Virus record (IMG/VR): IMGVR_UViG_3300032893_000012
Location: 32,001 to 96,000 of that record
Source of the DNA: a virus
Strand: one strand, 5' to 3'
Length of the DNA stretch: 64,000 nt
Shown: positions 1 to 11,193 of the stretch, in pieces
How the letters are laid out: every line of letters begins with the position of its first letter
Numbering within the stretch: position 1 is the first letter of the stretch
Program-made: the position numbers and the translations under genes
Notes under the pieces: model-generated
Database searches by the model: none
The model's input: only the letters and a program-made list of their open reading frames with translations
Told to the model about the DNA's origin: nothing

Positions 1-1003
1 AGCCGGCCGCCATCTGAAAACCCCTCGTTGCATCGCCAGGCGCGACGGATTTGATAGCTTCTGCGAGCCCCGGTGTCGACGAAAGCGCTTGCTGTCCGGC
101 GGCAAGTACCGCCTGAAGCCCTTCAGGCGCGATACCGACGAGTCCTTTCGCAAGTGCGTTTTGGATCTTCTCGCCGGTTGCGACAGAAACGCCGATGTCG
201 AACGCTTTTCTGGCGGGACCATCCGGAACAAGATTTCGAGCGCTCTCGATTGCGGCCTTGGCGACGTTCTCGCCAGAGGCGACTTTCATCGCAGCGTCGA
301 AACCGGCAGCGGCGATAGGACCACCCGGGATCGCTCCGCGGATTGCAGCCTTCGCCGCTTCGTCGATACTTTTACCCTCGGCGAGCGCTGCGCCTGCTCC
401 GATAGCTGCCGCGACTCCGGTACCGATACCCGGGACGAGAGACACGACGGTTTGTGCGTACGGAGCAACGTCTTTGACGATTTTGACCTGATCCTTGAGC
501 GCTCCAACGAGTGCGTGATCGAGTCGTTCGCCAGTTGCGATGTTTTTTGCGAGATTGAGAGGTGCGACCGCTGCCTCACCAACGATATGCGCCAAATCTC
601 CTACGACTGGGATGCTCGAGATGGCGTGACCAACATCTGAGATCGCTTTGCCGGGATCGAATCTTGTGGTGATTGTCCAGCTTCGCTTGGCGGCATCGCG
701 TAGGTAGCGGTCGTGATCCTCTTTCCTCTTCGGAGTCGACTGCCAAAACTTGTCATCCGGGCGCGTGTTGACATCGTTGGGTTTGTCGTAACCGTTCATC
801 TCCGCAAGTCGTGCGGTACGCGCCGCTATTGCAGCCGTGTCATTGGCTTCGGTCTCTTTTCGAAGCGCAATTCTGTTGGCGTCCACATCCTGAATCACAG
901 CCATCGCAAAACCGGTCCAGCGCTGGCGGTCGGCGTTGGTCGCATTTTTGATGTGTATCTGAAGCCATCCGGGCCATTCGCTTCCAAGTCCTATTTCGTC
1001 CAT
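1..1003 (-). CDS. Ala/Gly-rich putative virion/membrane protein, 3' end beyond window
   Basis: Read manually: ATG at 1003 gives MDEIGLGSEWPGWLQ... and the frame appears open to position 1. Amphipathic Ala/Gly-rich helices; N-terminal IGLG motif. Confidence 0.75.
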   Translation of the reverse strand, partial: MDEIGLGSEWPGWLQIHIKNATNADRQRWTGFAMAVIQDVDANRIALRKETEANDTAAIAARTARLAEMNGYDKPNDVNTRPDDKFWQSTPKRKEDHDRYLRDAAKRSWTITTRFDPGKAISDVGHAISSIPVVGDLAHIVGEAAVAPLNLAKNIATGERLDHALVGALKDQVKIVKDVAPYAQTVVSLVPGIGTGVAAAIGAGAALAEGKSIDEAAKAAIRGAIPGGPIAAAGFDAAMKVASGENVAKAAIESARNLVPDGPARKAFDIGVSVATGEKIQNALAKGLVGIAPEGLQAVLAAGQQALSSTPGLAEAIKSVAPGDATRGFQMAAG

Positions 1004-1007
1004 GGCG

Positions 1008-1403
1008 TCAAGATCGTATCACCATCTTGAGAAAATGGGGATTGGTCAAACCGTTGCGAATTCGCTGGATTCGCCGCGCGGCTCGAGGTCCAGGAACACC
1101 GAGTTCTACGAGTGCCAGTCCCGCGATGACCCCGGAACGGTTACGCCCCTGCCAACAAGTTACGAGTACGCGTTGTCCGGAGCGAATTTGCCGAGCGACT
1201 TCGTACGCGGTGTCTCTGATCAGTGCTTTCTCTTCTCTGGTCGGCGGAGGGCCGTCGTCGAGCGGTACATGAATGACTTCGTATCCGGGTATCTCCGGTT
1301 GGTATTCGATTGCCGCGAGCACGATAGTATCGAATGGGATTTCGACGCTAATCGGCGGAGCACTTCCTTGCGCTAACCTTTGCGACAGATACGAATACCC
1401 CAT
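1008..1403 (-). CDS. Dual-specificity protein phosphatase (CX5R)
   Basis: P-loop VLVTCWQGRNRSG, general-acid loop PLDDG, C-terminal IRNGLTNPHF. Start at 1403 overlaps the upstream stop (TGATG). Confidence 0.85.
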   Translation of the reverse strand: MGYSYLSQRLAQGSAPPISVEIPFDTIVLAAIEYQPEIPGYEVIHVPLDDGPPPTREEKALIRDTAYEVARQIRSGQRVLVTCWQGRNRSGVIAGLALVELGVPGPRAARRIQRIRNGLTNPHFLKMVIRS

Positions 1404-1789
1404 CACGTTGCGGCGAGTAGGGTCACTCCGTGATGCAACCCCCATGGCTTCACCGGCCCTCCAGGCTCATGGTAGTGCTGCTCGATCCATGTAGCGTACA
1501 TTTTCCCATCCGAAGCTGTAAACGGTGCGAGTGTTCCGTACGGCATCGACGTAAATCCAGGGGTACTTCGAAGAGCGTTTGCCTGTGCACGTAGATCTGA
1601 TGTGACCTCAGAACTGGTTACTCGACGCCACCCGGGTGGTACGGCAAGCGAGACTTTTTTAGTTTCTCCGTAAGTAGTGGGTGGTACTGCTGTTGATACA
1701 ATCGGTGTTGCGCGTGATTTTCGCGCAAGAAGAAACACAGCTGTTGCTGCTGCGGCTGCTCCTCCAAATACGATCCAGTTCGATTTCAA
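1403..1789 (-). CDS. N-terminally membrane-anchored protein with His-rich C-terminal domain
   Basis: Hydrophobic N-terminus; IEQHYHEPGG...WGLHHGVTL motif; coupled to neighbours. Confidence 0.7.
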   Translation of the reverse strand: MKSNWIVFGGAAAAATAVFLLARKSRATPIVSTAVPPTTYGETKKVSLAVPPGWRRVTSSEVTSDLRAQANALRSTPGFTSMPYGTLAPFTASDGKMYATWIEQHYHEPGGPVKPWGLHHGVTLLAAT

Positions 1790-2346
1790 GCGAACCTTCG
1801 CACTGGTAGTGTTCGGTAGGCTACGTATCCAGCGGTCGCTGCGAGACCAAGAGCAGCGACCACCACAAGCGCATCAGATCCTTTAGTGCGCTGTGGCGCG
1901 ATCACTTGTGTTTCAGGCTGCACGTCTTGAAGTCTAGCAATCAACTTATTCAAAGATGGGTACGTGCTACCGAGATACGAATTCAAAGCGTTCTGCCACG
2001 CGGTTACGTCGCCTGAGTCTGCCGCCACAAGGCCGCCGTATCGATCCAGAGCCTTCAGCATCGAATACGCACCGGATCTCGCGTCTGAGAATGCGCGGAA
2101 TTTCAGTGGCGAGGAAACTTTTGGATTATAAAACCACGATACATCGTCGCGCGACGTGGTCACATTTCCGACGTTCCAGTTGTACATCGATTGCCACTCA
2201 GCTGTTTCGTTTGCGCTGAGCGCTAGTGGCCAAAGCCACGAGCTTTTTGCCGGAAGATCGCGAGATCTCAGCGTACGATACGCCTCGACAATAGCGCCGG
2301 CGACGTGCGGCGCATTACTCGGCGTTAGAGCGGCGGCGACCTGCAT
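1786..2346 (-). CDS. GH73/glucosaminidase-like peptidoglycan hydrolase with C-terminal TM anchor
   Basis: SANETAEW..MYNWNVGNV and KFRAFSD motifs resemble lysozyme-fold FlgJ/GH73 enzymes. C-terminal TM plus basic tail. Confidence 0.6.
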   Translation of the reverse strand: MQVAAALTPSNAPHVAGAIVEAYRTLRSRDLPAKSSWLWPLALSANETAEWQSMYNWNVGNVTTSRDDVSWFYNPKVSSPLKFRAFSDARSGAYSMLKALDRYGGLVAADSGDVTAWQNALNSYLGSTYPSLNKLIARLQDVQPETQVIAPQRTKGSDALVVVAALGLAATAGYVAYRTLPVRRFA

Positions 2347-2464
2347 TAGCGCGAAGGGGTACGACGCGGTTCCGGATCTGGACCTGGCGCGACGGAAGGC
2401 GAACTCGTATCGAGTTTCGTGCTGCGTACGACTTCAAGCTTCGGTGGTTCGTATTTTTCTTTCG

Positions 2465-3904
2465 TCATGGCAACGCGACGACCTCCGAGAGGTTACTGGT
2501 GTTCGCGAACGGAAGCGTCGCCCACGTCTTGTCGGTTCCGGCGATGCGAGCATCGACGGTGGAGCCGGTAAGGGAGGGCAAAATATCGTACTGAAATGCG
2601 GCCATCGAGTAGGTTCGAATCCCGAAGGCGTACCCGCTCGTTGGCCCCCAGAGACGCGCGTTGTTGTGCTGGTAGCTTGCACATCCTGGGTCTACCTCCC
2701 ACGCGACGCCGCCTGAGGCGGTCGCTCCTGCTTGAACCTGCGCGCCGTTCGCTTCGATGAAGCCAGCATCAGTCTGGAGCACGCGGCCGCCGTCGAGCGT
2801 GATCGCGTTCTGCATTTGCAGGGTCGCCGAACCAAAGACGTTCAGCGTCGACTGAAAGACGCAGTCGGCCATTCCCAGGGTCGAATTCAATCCAACTGTC
2901 ATGCTCGACTTGAAGATGGATTGATCAACGTGGCAGGTCGCGTTCACGAAGCCAGCGAAGCAATTCGAGTCGAAGGAACATCCGACGAACTGAACGCCGG
3001 AAACGGTCGACGGATCCGACTGAGGACGCCAATACTGGAACGAGGCGAAACCGCTCGAGGGATCGCTCGTGAAGTTCATGTCCTTCCATAGGAAGCGTCC
3101 AGCGCCTTTGACGCGGAGATCCATGCGCCCCTGAAACGTCGTCTGGAGAGTATCGACGACGTAGGAATCACCCGGGGACGGGTTTACTCCGGTCGCGATC
3201 ACATTGCCCGGCGGCGCGTTCGACGTGAAGCGCGACCACCCGGTCACCTGGGCGACGGTACCGGTCGTACCCCCCTGAGTGTAAGTGATGGCCCCGCTCG
3301 TGGCGCCGCTCGTTGTCCGGAGACGTTGCCCACGTGAGAACGAGCCCGCACCGTCTGTTGCCGTTCCACGGGTGTTCGAGCCTGAAGCAGTTGGCGTGAG
3401 CGCCGAGAAGGTCGACGCGACGCTTGAACTGACGGTCCCCTGGATCGTGACGAGGATGCCGGTTCCGATGTGCAAGTCGAGCGGTCCGAGATCGGTCAGT
3501 GTTCCTGCGGCGACAGTGACAACGACGTTCGAGGAGACGTCGTTCCAGCGCATCCGATTTCCCCATTCGACGAGTGTCTTGAGCGGCGCACCGAGCGTCA
3601 TGCCGCTGTTCCGGTCGTCGCCCGAGACAGGGTCGATGAACCATGTCGTGACGTACTGGGCGAGCTGGTTTCGAATGTATTGCCGGATAGCTAAGGCCCC
3701 TGCGGGCGCCGCCGGTGCGATGACGTTCAGCCCGTCCGCGGCGGGAGTTGGGGAAGGTGCGACGAGGTAGAGATACTGGTCGTTCACTACGCCGACGGTT
3801 ACCACCGTGAGATCGTTCATCGTCGTCAGATCCGCTGCAGCGAGTGCCTGCGGCGACGCGAACGCGGTCTGGGTGATCTGGCTCTGACGAACCTTCTCGG
3901 TCAT
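2465..3904 (-). CDS. Spike/receptor-binding protein, probable beta-helix
   Basis: WFIDPVSGDDRNSG...PLKTL motif typical of N-caps of beta-helix proteins. Paralogous to the C-terminal head of the 1814-aa fibre. Confidence 0.65.
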   Translation of the reverse strand: MTEKVRQSQITQTAFASPQALAAADLTTMNDLTVVTVGVVNDQYLYLVAPSPTPAADGLNVIAPAAPAGALAIRQYIRNQLAQYVTTWFIDPVSGDDRNSGMTLGAPLKTLVEWGNRMRWNDVSSNVVVTVAAGTLTDLGPLDLHIGTGILVTIQGTVSSSVASTFSALTPTASGSNTRGTATDGAGSFSRGQRLRTTSGATSGAITYTQGGTTGTVAQVTGWSRFTSNAPPGNVIATGVNPSPGDSYVVDTLQTTFQGRMDLRVKGAGRFLWKDMNFTSDPSSGFASFQYWRPQSDPSTVSGVQFVGCSFDSNCFAGFVNATCHVDQSIFKSSMTVGLNSTLGMADCVFQSTLNVFGSATLQMQNAITLDGGRVLQTDAGFIEANGAQVQAGATASGGVAWEVDPGCASYQHNNARLWGPTSGYAFGIRTYSMAAFQYDILPSLTGSTVDARIAGTDKTWATLPFANTSNLSEVVALP

Positions 3905-3914
3905 CGCGATGTTC

Positions 3915-4406
3915 CTACGGTGACTGGTTTACAGTGAGCTGCTGAATGAAAAGTTTCGTGCCGCTCGCGAGAATGAGTCCGCTTGCGCCGATCATGTTCG
4001 CCTGTGCGAAGATGACCGTCGGAAACCCGGCTGGCGTCCCGGAGTAAGGGATCTCATTTCCGAGTCGATTCGCGTTCAGGGTCATGGTGAGGACGGAGGT
4101 GCCCGAGTGAAGATCCGTCACCGAGACGTCAGAGGTCGTCGTCGATGAGCTCGCCAGAGTGACCTGGGTCTCGCTCGGCTGTACGTTCAGAGCAAACTGA
4201 AGCTGGACGAAGTAGAATCCGTACTGGCACGCGAATGCCGGGGAGGCCCCGAAGCTCCCCCCTGGGAAAGCGACGACGCCGAACGAGTCGGAGATAAACT
4301 CGAGCGAGCTGAAGGGGATGATCAACGGAACGCCGCTCGAGAAGGCGGTGTTCGTCGCTAGACCGAGTCTTGCGAAGGGGCGACTGCCGTAGGTTCGATT
4401 GCTCAC
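3915..4406 (-). CDS. Beta-rich hypothetical protein, possible fibre-associated domain
   Basis: 163-aa beta-strand-rich ORF packed between two spike genes. Confidence 0.55.
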   Translation of the reverse strand: MSNRTYGSRPFARLGLATNTAFSSGVPLIIPFSSLEFISDSFGVVAFPGGSFGASPAFACQYGFYFVQLQFALNVQPSETQVTLASSSTTTSDVSVTDLHSGTSVLTMTLNANRLGNEIPYSGTPAGFPTVIFAQANMIGASGLILASGTKLFIQQLTVNQSP

Positions 4407-4409
4407 AGG

Positions 4410-7400
4410 TCAGGTTCCTCCCGGACCATACGTCGCGCCGTTCGTCAAATCGACGAACTGATCGGAGTAGGAGTGGAAGACATTGTTCGCTGCCACCTGC
4501 TGTGACGCGATCATGCCTGGGATGGTCGGGGTTGCTCCGTACATGAACGTCGATCCGCCAGACACGTAGATCCCGAACTGTAGTCCGGTATTGTTTGCGC
4601 CCCAGACATACGACGAGGAGCCGTTGAAGACCATCTTCGCGCCTTCGGTGACCAAGATCGCGCCGGCCGGAGGTGTGCCCGAGAGTCCGACAAAGGAACA
4701 GTCGAAGCCGTTCGAGAGCCAGTTGCCGCTCCGGATGGTGAGGCTCGAGGTTCCGCCTCCGACGATTTGCACCGATTCGAGCTGTGACACGTAAGAATCA
4801 ATCGACGTGAGCGAGCCAGATACGACAACGGCTGCAAGTTGAATATTACCGCCCTGCAGGGTCGAGCTGCCTCCGAAGTTACCTCCGAATTTGCTGCAAC
4901 CGATGATCCCTGTCGAGTCCTGGAAAAAAGCCCCGAAGGGGAAGTCGCATCCGTAGACGAATGCCCCGAGAGCGTTTGGATTTTGGTTTGACCAAATCCG
5001 GCAAGCGTCGGTCGCGATAGTGCTCGTATCAAGGAGCGCGATGACGCTACGACTCGTTCCGATAGCACGGATCTGGAATCCAGGAATGAGGCTGTCGAGT
5101 GTATCGACTACGAAGATGTCGCCTGGATCGGGATTCAGTTCGGAAAAGACCGGAGCGATCCCGCCGGTGAGCTTCGCCCAACCGTTCGTGTTCGAATCGG
5201 AACCGTCGATGGTGTGGGTCGTCCAGGTGATAGCGCCGACGTTGTTCGCATTTGCGGCTGCGGTCACTCGAAGGCGTGCGTTCTCTGCGATACTGATCCC
5301 GAGGTAACTGAGGAGCGCACGCGTGTTCGTCGCGCCATTCTGGGGCGTGCTCGAAACCACCGCGTAGTTCGGGCTTGAGGTGACATGCCCTTGGATAAGG
5401 AACTCGATACCGTCGACGTCAGCGAAGATGATGTCGAGATTGATGGCGTCGAAGGTTCCCGCGGCGAGCGTAACGAGCACGCTCTGTTGGATGACACCCC
5501 CCTTCAGACGGTAGCCGAGCTCGCGGAACGTGCGGATGGCAGTGAGCGCGGTCGATCCGTCGAGCTCATCGTTTCCGTTCACCGGATCGATGTACCAGTT
5601 CGTCTGGAGCCACGCCTGATAGTTGCCCCAAAAGAGTCGTACCCAGACGGCTCCTGCCGGCGCGAGCGCGAGGACGACGCTCGTCCCGTCGACGGCGCCG
5701 ATGAGACTCCCGGGCGCGTTCTTCACAAGCTCGTAGCCGTCGTTGATGGTGCGGGTGTAGGCAATGGCTCCGTCGGCGATGCCCGTCGCGTCGGTGTTCG
5801 CCATCTGGTTCACCGAGGCGAACAGGATGCTCGCGCCAGGGCCCGCGGGGCCGGTCGCACCAGTGAGACCTGTTGGTCCCGTGCGTCCCGTGAAACCGGT
5901 TGGTCCGGTTGACCCTAGATTACCCGTGGGTCCCGTGCGTCCGGTTGGTCCAGTAAATCCGGTCGGTCCCTGCGTACCGGTCGTTCCGGTTGGCCCGGTG
6001 CGTCCCGTCGAACCGGTCGGCCCCGTGCCGAGGGCCCCTGTCGGTCCGGTCGGTCCCGTGCGACCCGTCGCGCCCGTCGGACCCGTGCCGACAGCGCCAG
6101 AAGGTCCCGTGGGTCCCGTTCCGCTCGCTCCGGGGACGTCGTAGAAGAAGTCTAGCCGGTAGTTCCCGTCGAGGTTGAAGCCGGCGACGCTCTGGTTCCA
6201 GTAACAGCGATCACCCAGAACGATGGCGCCTTGCGCGCGCGCCGTCGCGCCGCCGTCGCCCGAGAAATAGCAAGAGACGCCGATCTTGGTACCGTTGCCG
6301 ACGCTGTAGAGGACTCCGTCTGCGGCGACTGAGGTGTATCCGATGGGAGTCGCGGCAATCGCCGTCGCGGTCGCGAGATCTCCGTCCGCTGTCGTGACGG
6401 AGGCGACCATCTGTTTGTTCAGGGCGGATGGCGCGTTGGCGATGTTCGCAGGCCCGGTCGGTCCAGTGGCGCCGGTGTTTGCAGCCGTCCCCTGGGGTCC
6501 CGTAGAGCCGGTCGGTCCGGTCGTTCCTGTCGCACCGGTGTTTGCCGCCGTACCCGCGGGTCCTGTCGCACCAGTGACGCCCGAGGCGCCGGTCCACCCG
6601 GTAGGCCCTGTTGCGCCCGTTATGCCGGTTGGTCCGGTACGTCCCGTTGGACCCGTCGCGCCGGTGTTCGTAGCCGTTCCGGCGACGCCGGTCGGACCCG
6701 TGAATCCAGTAGGTCCGGTAAATCCGGTTGCTCCAGTTGCGCCCGTATTCGCCGCGCTTCCGTCCGGACCTGTGAATCCGGTTGGACCAAGCGGCCCTGT
6801 GACACCTGCGGGGCCAGCGGCGCCGACAGGTCCGGTTGTGCCCGTTGGCCCCGTCGTTCCGGTCGCACCCGTATTTGAAGCGGTTCCCGCGGGACCCGTC
6901 GAACCTGTGACCCCAGAGGGCCCTGTCGGTCCCGTGACCGTGCTTGTTGCTCCCGTCGGCCCGGTCGCTCCGGTGTTCGTGGCGCTTCCAGCGGGGCCCG
7001 TTGGACCCGTCGAACCAGAGGGGCCCGTCACGCCGGAGGGACCGGTAGCGCCGGTCGATCCAGTCACGCCTGAAGCACCTGTGGGGCCCGTCGCGCCGGT
7101 GTTCACGGCCGTGCCTGCAGGACCCGTGGACCCAGTCGGCCCTGTATTTCCGGTGGGACCTGTGAATCCGGTCGCGCCCGTCGCGCCCGAGGGACCTGTG
7201 CTTCCGGTGGCGCCCGTCACACCGGAGGGTCCCGTCGCCCCCGTGGCGCCGGTGTTGGTTGCCGAACCGGCAGGCCCAGTAGGACCCGTTCGTCCAGTAA
7301 ATCCAGTTGGCCCGGTTGCTCCGGTATTGGTCGCTGACCCCGGAACGCCGGTCGGGCCAGTGAAGCCCGTGGGGCCCGTCGCGCCGGTGTTTGAGGCGCT

Positions 7401-9854
7401 TCCAGGCAGGCCTGTTGGTCCAGTAATTCCGGTTGGTCCTGTGGGTCCCGTGCGTCCGGTGGCTCCGGTGTTCGAAGCCGTACCGGCGGGGCCGGTCGCG
7501 CCGGTTGGTCCCGTGCGTCCGGTCGCCCCCGTGTTCGCGGCGCTGCCGGCGGGCCCCGTGAGTCCTGTCGGTCCCGTGAACCCGGTGGGTCCCGTGACGC
7601 CGGAAGGGCCCGTGACAGTGCTTGGCGCGCCTGGAATCCCTTGCGAGCCGGTGGGCCCAGTCGTTCCGGTCGCGCCCGTGTTTGTCGCCGTGCCCGCAGG
7701 CCCGGTCGTGCCGGTTGGCCCTGTCGCTCCGGTATTGGTTGCGCTACCGGCGGGGCCAGTTGGGCCACTCGGGCCCGTCACGCCGGAGGGACCGGTCGCG
7801 CCGGTGTTTGTCGCGCTTCCCGCGGGCCCCGTAGATCCTGTGAACCCGGTAGGCCCAGTGCTACCGGTCGACCCTGTCGCTCCAGTGTTCGACGCAGTCC
7901 CCGCGGGTCCAGTCGGACCCGTCGCTCCCGTACGACCGGTCGCCCCCGTGTTCGTCGCGCTACCGGCGGGACCCGTCGCGCCAGTCGGTCCAGTATGCCC
8001 GGTAGTGCCCGTTGGACCCGTGACCGTGCTCGGTGCTCCGGGAGGGCCAACGGGCCCCGTACTTCCGGTCGCGCCGGTGTTCGAAGCGCTTCCCGGGGTG
8101 CCGGTTGGTCCAGTTGCACCGGTCGCGCCGCTTGCGCCAGAAGGACCCGTCGCTCCGGTATTCGTTGCGCTTCCAGGGACTCCGGTTGGTCCCGTGTAGC
8201 CGGTCGGTCCTGTCGCTCCGGTATTTGTCGCTGAACCAGGGACGCCGGTTGGTCCCGTCGCGCCTGTCGGTCCAGTCGTACCCGTCGCACCGGTGTTCGT
8301 TGCACTGCCGGCGGGGCCGGTTGCTCCGGTTGGACCTGTAGGTCCAGTGCGTCCGGTCGCGCCGGTGTTTGCTGCGCTGCCAGCAGGACCCGTTGCGCCA
8401 GTCTGTCCGGTTGGTCCTGTGCGTCCCGTAGATCCGGTTGAAGAAGCTCCAATGGGCCCAGTCGCGCCCGTGGAGCCTGTGAATCCAGTCGGACCTGTTT
8501 GACCCGTCGCTCCGGTGTTCGTCGCGCTGCCAGCGACGCCGGTAGGACCGGTGATGCCAGTGGGACCTGTTGGACCGGTAGCTCCGGTATTTGTCGCGCT
8601 TCCGGCTACGCCCGTCGGTCCAGTGAATCCAGTTGGACCGCTCGCACCAGTGGATCCAGTTGCACCAGTATTTGTTGCTGATCCGGCGGGTCCTGTTGCG
8701 CCCGTCGGGCCTGTTGGACCTGTTCTACCTGTCGCACCGGTGTTTGCGGCGATGCCTGCTGGACCGGTTGCACCGGTTCGTCCAGTTGGACCTGTCGCGC
8801 CTGTCGCTCCCGTGTTCGTGGCAGAGCCGGCGGTACCGGTCGGGCCTGTCGTACCTGTTGATCCGGTAGGACCGGTCGCTCCGGTATTGGTTGCACTTCC
8901 TGGAGCACCAGTCGCTCCGGTGGCACCAGTCGGACCGGTGGCGCCAGTGGCGCCTGTATTCGTTGCTGATCCGGGTGCACCGGTTGCGCCAGTTGGACCA
9001 GTTGAACCGGTCGCTCCTGTGGCTCCTGTGTTTGCTGCGGTTCCGGCGGGACCTGTTGCACCAGTGACTCCGGTCGGTCCTGTTCTTCCGGTCGCTCCGG
9101 TGTTGGATGCACTACCCGCCGGTCCAGTTGCACCGGTTTGTCCTGTTGGACCGGTTGTGCCGGTTGCCCCGGTGTTTGTTGCAGATCCAGCAGTACCGGT
9201 AGGACCAGTGAATCCCGTTGGTCCAGACGGACCTGTAGCACCGGTGTTTGTCGCAGATCCGGCGACACCGGTAGGACCCGTGAAACCAGTTGAACCTGTT
9301 GGTCCAGTTGCTCCTGTATTAGTTGCTGATCCGGCGGGACCCGTTGTTCCGGTTGCCCCAGTTGGGCCAGAGGGACCTGTGGCGCCTGTATTTGATGCGC
9401 TACCAGGAATTCCAGTTGCACCCGTTGGTCCGAGTGCGCCAGTTGGGCCAGTTATACCAGTAGGTCCAGTAGATCCAGTCGCTCCGGTGTTTACGGCTGT
9501 GCCCGCGGGTCCTGTAGCTCCAGTGCGTCCAGTGGGTCCCGTCGCGCCGGTATTCGTAGCCGATCCTGGAGCCCCAGTAGGACCAGTATTTCCGGTCGAT
9601 CCGGTTACACCTGTGGGCCCAGTAGCACCTGTGTTCGTTGCGGATCCAGCCGGACCAGTAGTGCCAGTGGGTCCAGTTTGTCCTGTTGCGCCAGTGTTCG
9701 TCGCAGTGCCGGGAGCTCCTGTGGGTCCGGTAGGTCCAGTTGGACCGGTTGCGCCGGTAACGCCGGACGCACCGGTTGCGCCGGTAACGCTCTTGTGCGC
9801 ATCGGGGTAGGTCTCCCCGTGGTAACGCCCGCGCCTACCGGTGATGTAACCCAT
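4410..9854 (-). CDS. Collagen-like fibre protein 1 (1814 aa) with beta-helix-like head
   Basis: Roughly 1200 aa of G-X-T triplets with periodic GSATNT interruptions, a small inserted globular domain, and a C-terminal head starting [14 protein letters not shown]. Confidence 0.9.
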   Translation of the reverse strand: MGYITGRRGRYHGETYPDAHKSVTGATGASGVTGATGPTGPTGPTGAPGTATNTGATGQTGPTGTTGPAGSATNTGATGPTGVTGSTGNTGPTGAPGSATNTGATGPTGRTGATGPAGTAVNTGATGSTGPTGITGPTGALGPTGATGIPGSASNTGATGPSGPTGATGTTGPAGSATNTGATGPTGSTGFTGPTGVAGSATNTGATGPSGPTGFTGPTGTAGSATNTGATGTTGPTGQTGATGPAGSASNTGATGRTGPTGVTGATGPAGTAANTGATGATGSTGPTGATGAPGSATNTGATGATGPTGATGATGAPGSATNTGATGPTGSTGTTGPTGTAGSATNTGATGATGPTGRTGATGPAGIAANTGATGRTGPTGPTGATGPAGSATNTGATGSTGASGPTGFTGPTGVAGSATNTGATGPTGPTGITGPTGVAGSATNTGATGQTGPTGFTGSTGATGPIGASSTGSTGRTGPTGQTGATGPAGSAANTGATGRTGPTGPTGATGPAGSATNTGATGTTGPTGATGPTGVPGSATNTGATGPTGYTGPTGVPGSATNTGATGPSGASGATGATGPTGTPGSASNTGATGSTGPVGPPGAPSTVTGPTGTTGHTGPTGATGPAGSATNTGATGRTGATGPTGPAGTASNTGATGSTGSTGPTGFTGSTGPAGSATNTGATGPSGVTGPSGPTGPAGSATNTGATGPTGTTGPAGTATNTGATGTTGPTGSQGIPGAPSTVTGPSGVTGPTGFTGPTGLTGPAGSAANTGATGRTGPTGATGPAGTASNTGATGRTGPTGPTGITGPTGLPGSASNTGATGPTGFTGPTGVPGSATNTGATGPTGFTGRTGPTGPAGSATNTGATGATGPSGVTGATGSTGPSGATGATGFTGPTGNTGPTGSTGPAGTAVNTGATGPTGASGVTGSTGATGPSGVTGPSGSTGPTGPAGSATNTGATGPTGATSTVTGPTGPSGVTGSTGPAGTASNTGATGTTGPTGTTGPVGAAGPAGVTGPLGPTGFTGPDGSAANTGATGATGFTGPTGFTGPTGVAGTATNTGATGPTGRTGPTGITGATGPTGWTGASGVTGATGPAGTAANTGATGTTGPTGSTGPQGTAANTGATGPTGPANIANAPSALNKQMVASVTTADGDLATATAIAATPIGYTSVAADGVLYSVGNGTKIGVSCYFSGDGGATARAQGAIVLGDRCYWNQSVAGFNLDGNYRLDFFYDVPGASGTGPTGPSGAVGTGPTGATGRTGPTGPTGALGTGPTGSTGRTGPTGTTGTQGPTGFTGPTGRTGPTGNLGSTGPTGFTGRTGPTGLTGATGPAGPGASILFASVNQMANTDATGIADGAIAYTRTINDGYELVKNAPGSLIGAVDGTSVVLALAPAGAVWVRLFWGNYQAWLQTNWYIDPVNGNDELDGSTALTAIRTFRELGYRLKGGVIQQSVLVTLAAGTFDAINLDIIFADVDGIEFLIQGHVTSSPNYAVVSSTPQNGATNTRALLSYLGISIAENARLRVTAAANANNVGAITWTTHTIDGSDSNTNGWAKLTGGIAPVFSELNPDPGDIFVVDTLDSLIPGFQIRAIGTSRSVIALLDTSTIATDACRIWSNQNPNALGAFVYGCDFPFGAFFQDSTGIIGCSKFGGNFGGSSTLQGGNIQLAAVVVSGSLTSIDSYVSQLESVQIVGGGTSSLTIRSGNWLSNGFDCSFVGLSGTPPAGAILVTEGAKMVFNGSSSYVWGANNTGLQFGIYVSGGSTFMYGATPTIPGMIASQQVAANNVFHSYSDQFVDLTNGATYGPGGT
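5840..9787 (-). repeat. Collagen (Gly-X-Thr)n coding repeat, fibre 1
   Basis: Degenerate 9-bp period, interrupted by a non-repeat domain at about 6130-6450. Confidence 0.9.
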
Positions 9855-9911
9855 ATCCGGAAACCTTTTTTATGTTTGAAGTCGTTCAAGGTCGCACAGG
9901 AGGCAAATGGA

Positions 9912-10151
9912 TCAGCTCGGTGGTCTAGACAGCGGTGTGACCGATCTCAACGAAATCGCGAAGTCGCGAGGCCTGCTCATGTTCGAAATTCCGCTATATC
10001 GCGCATCCCAATGAGGGTTCCCACTGCCATTTGCAACCACGTTGGTGTTGTTGACGGCTTCTCGATAAATGGCTTCATCGATCATCTGTCGAGGAGAACC
10101 ATTCTCCGAATGTCCACTCTTGTTCTTGAGGTTCTTGAGTTTGCGTCTCAT
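9912..10151 (-). CDS. Hypothetical protein
   Basis: 79-aa ORF filling the gap in the minus-strand operon. Confidence 0.5.
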   Translation of the reverse strand: MRRKLKNLKNKSGHSENGSPRQMIDEAIYREAVNNTNVVANGSGNPHWDARYSGISNMSRPRDFAISLRSVTPLSRPPS

Positions 10152-10166
10152 TGGGAGTGTTTCTTT

Positions 10167-10439
10167 CTATTCGATGACTTCACCGAGTAACGCGACAGTT
10201 ACCCCGCCAGCTAAATGCGACATGAGGCTGACGGCGCACCCGACGAACATCGCGTCCAGGATGCGACCACTGTCAGCTGATACGATGTTGCACGCTCCTC
10301 CAATCACACCGATCCAGAAGCCGACACACTGGTTGCATTTCAACACTGATAGTCGTCGTCTAACTGAGCGAAAGATCGTGCTCTGCGTTACGATGAGAGT
10401 TGCCCCGATCAGCGCCAATACACGGATCAGGGTGAACAT
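10167..10439 (-). CDS. Small membrane protein with CxxC..GFW motif (DUF1360-like)
   Basis: Hydrophobic helices and LKCNQCVGFWIG. Confidence 0.6.
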   Translation of the reverse strand: MFTLIRVLALIGATLIVTQSTIFRSVRRRLSVLKCNQCVGFWIGVIGGACNIVSADSGRILDAMFVGCAVSLMSHLAGGVTVALLGEVIE

Positions 10440-10442
10440 CGT

Positions 10443-10631
10443 TCACTTCTTCGCTTTGGACGCGATCTCAGCTAGACGCGCTACGACTTCGGGGCGAATC
10501 TTGATCGTTCCTACCGAACCGTTCTCTTTGTCGTCGTCGGAGATTTCCATCGAACCATCGTCCATTGTCCGCACCGTGGGACACCTCTTTTGTCCGCAGC
10601 ACAGTGTTTCTTGATGGATCGTTTTCGGCAT
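10443..10631 (-). CDS. Small Cys-containing hypothetical protein
   Basis: 62 aa, CCGQKRCP; AGGAG upstream. Confidence 0.55.
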   Translation of the reverse strand: MPKTIHQETLCCGQKRCPTVRTMDDGSMEISDDDKENGSVGTIKIRPEVVARLAEIASKAKK

Positions 10632-10641
10632 AGCGGACTCC

Positions 10642-11190
10642 TTATCCAGTTGGCGCTGACACCTCTTGCAGATCGAGAGACGATCCTTCCGACAGAATCA
10701 CAATGAGATTGTCGGCGTTTGCGGTCACATGAATGCGAACATCCGCCAGTACACCAACCGGTGTCTGAATTGCCGTTGTCTCTATGAGAAATGGTACCGC
10801 TTCCAAAGCGGTAGTGTTTCCACCGCTACCGATCCCGACTGTATTAGTGAAAATAGGAACCGGAGACGATAGAACAACGTTGTTGATCGATACTTGCACT
10901 TCAACTGATCCGGCGGCAGCAGGATCGTTCGACGTGTTTTTTAGAGACAGTACACCGGAGATGCGAACGATTCCGGTGGAAAGAGGAGTGATTGGTACAG
11001 CAGTTCCTGCAGGAGCGCCGCTAGCGATAATTTCCCAAGGTACCTGCGTTCCAACACCGGTTGACACGACGTCGGTTTGATCCGTTGGCCCGGTTGCGTA
11101 ATTCCGCGCGAAATCATTGTTCGTACCGACGCCACGAGATGTTGGATACACCTCTGGAGACTTGCGCTTACTGTTTGTGAGATATCCCAT
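10642..11190 (-). CDS. Short spike/vertex-associated protein (stalk-less fibre paralogue)
   Basis: N-terminus MGYLTNSKRKSPEVYP shared with both collagen fibres, followed by a beta-sandwich-like domain. Confidence 0.65.
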   Translation of the reverse strand: MGYLTNSKRKSPEVYPTSRGVGTNNDFARNYATGPTDQTDVVSTGVGTQVPWEIIASGAPAGTAVPITPLSTGIVRISGVLSLKNTSNDPAAAGSVEVQVSINNVVLSSPVPIFTNTVGIGSGGNTTALEAVPFLIETTAIQTPVGVLADVRIHVTANADNLIVILSEGSSLDLQEVSAPTG

Positions 11191-11193
11191 TTT

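Noticed and set aside
6334-9810. Long Pro/Val-rich ORFs on the + strand (621 and 431 aa), and 39678-41855 on the - strand
   Set aside because: Antisense shadows of the collagen repeats.
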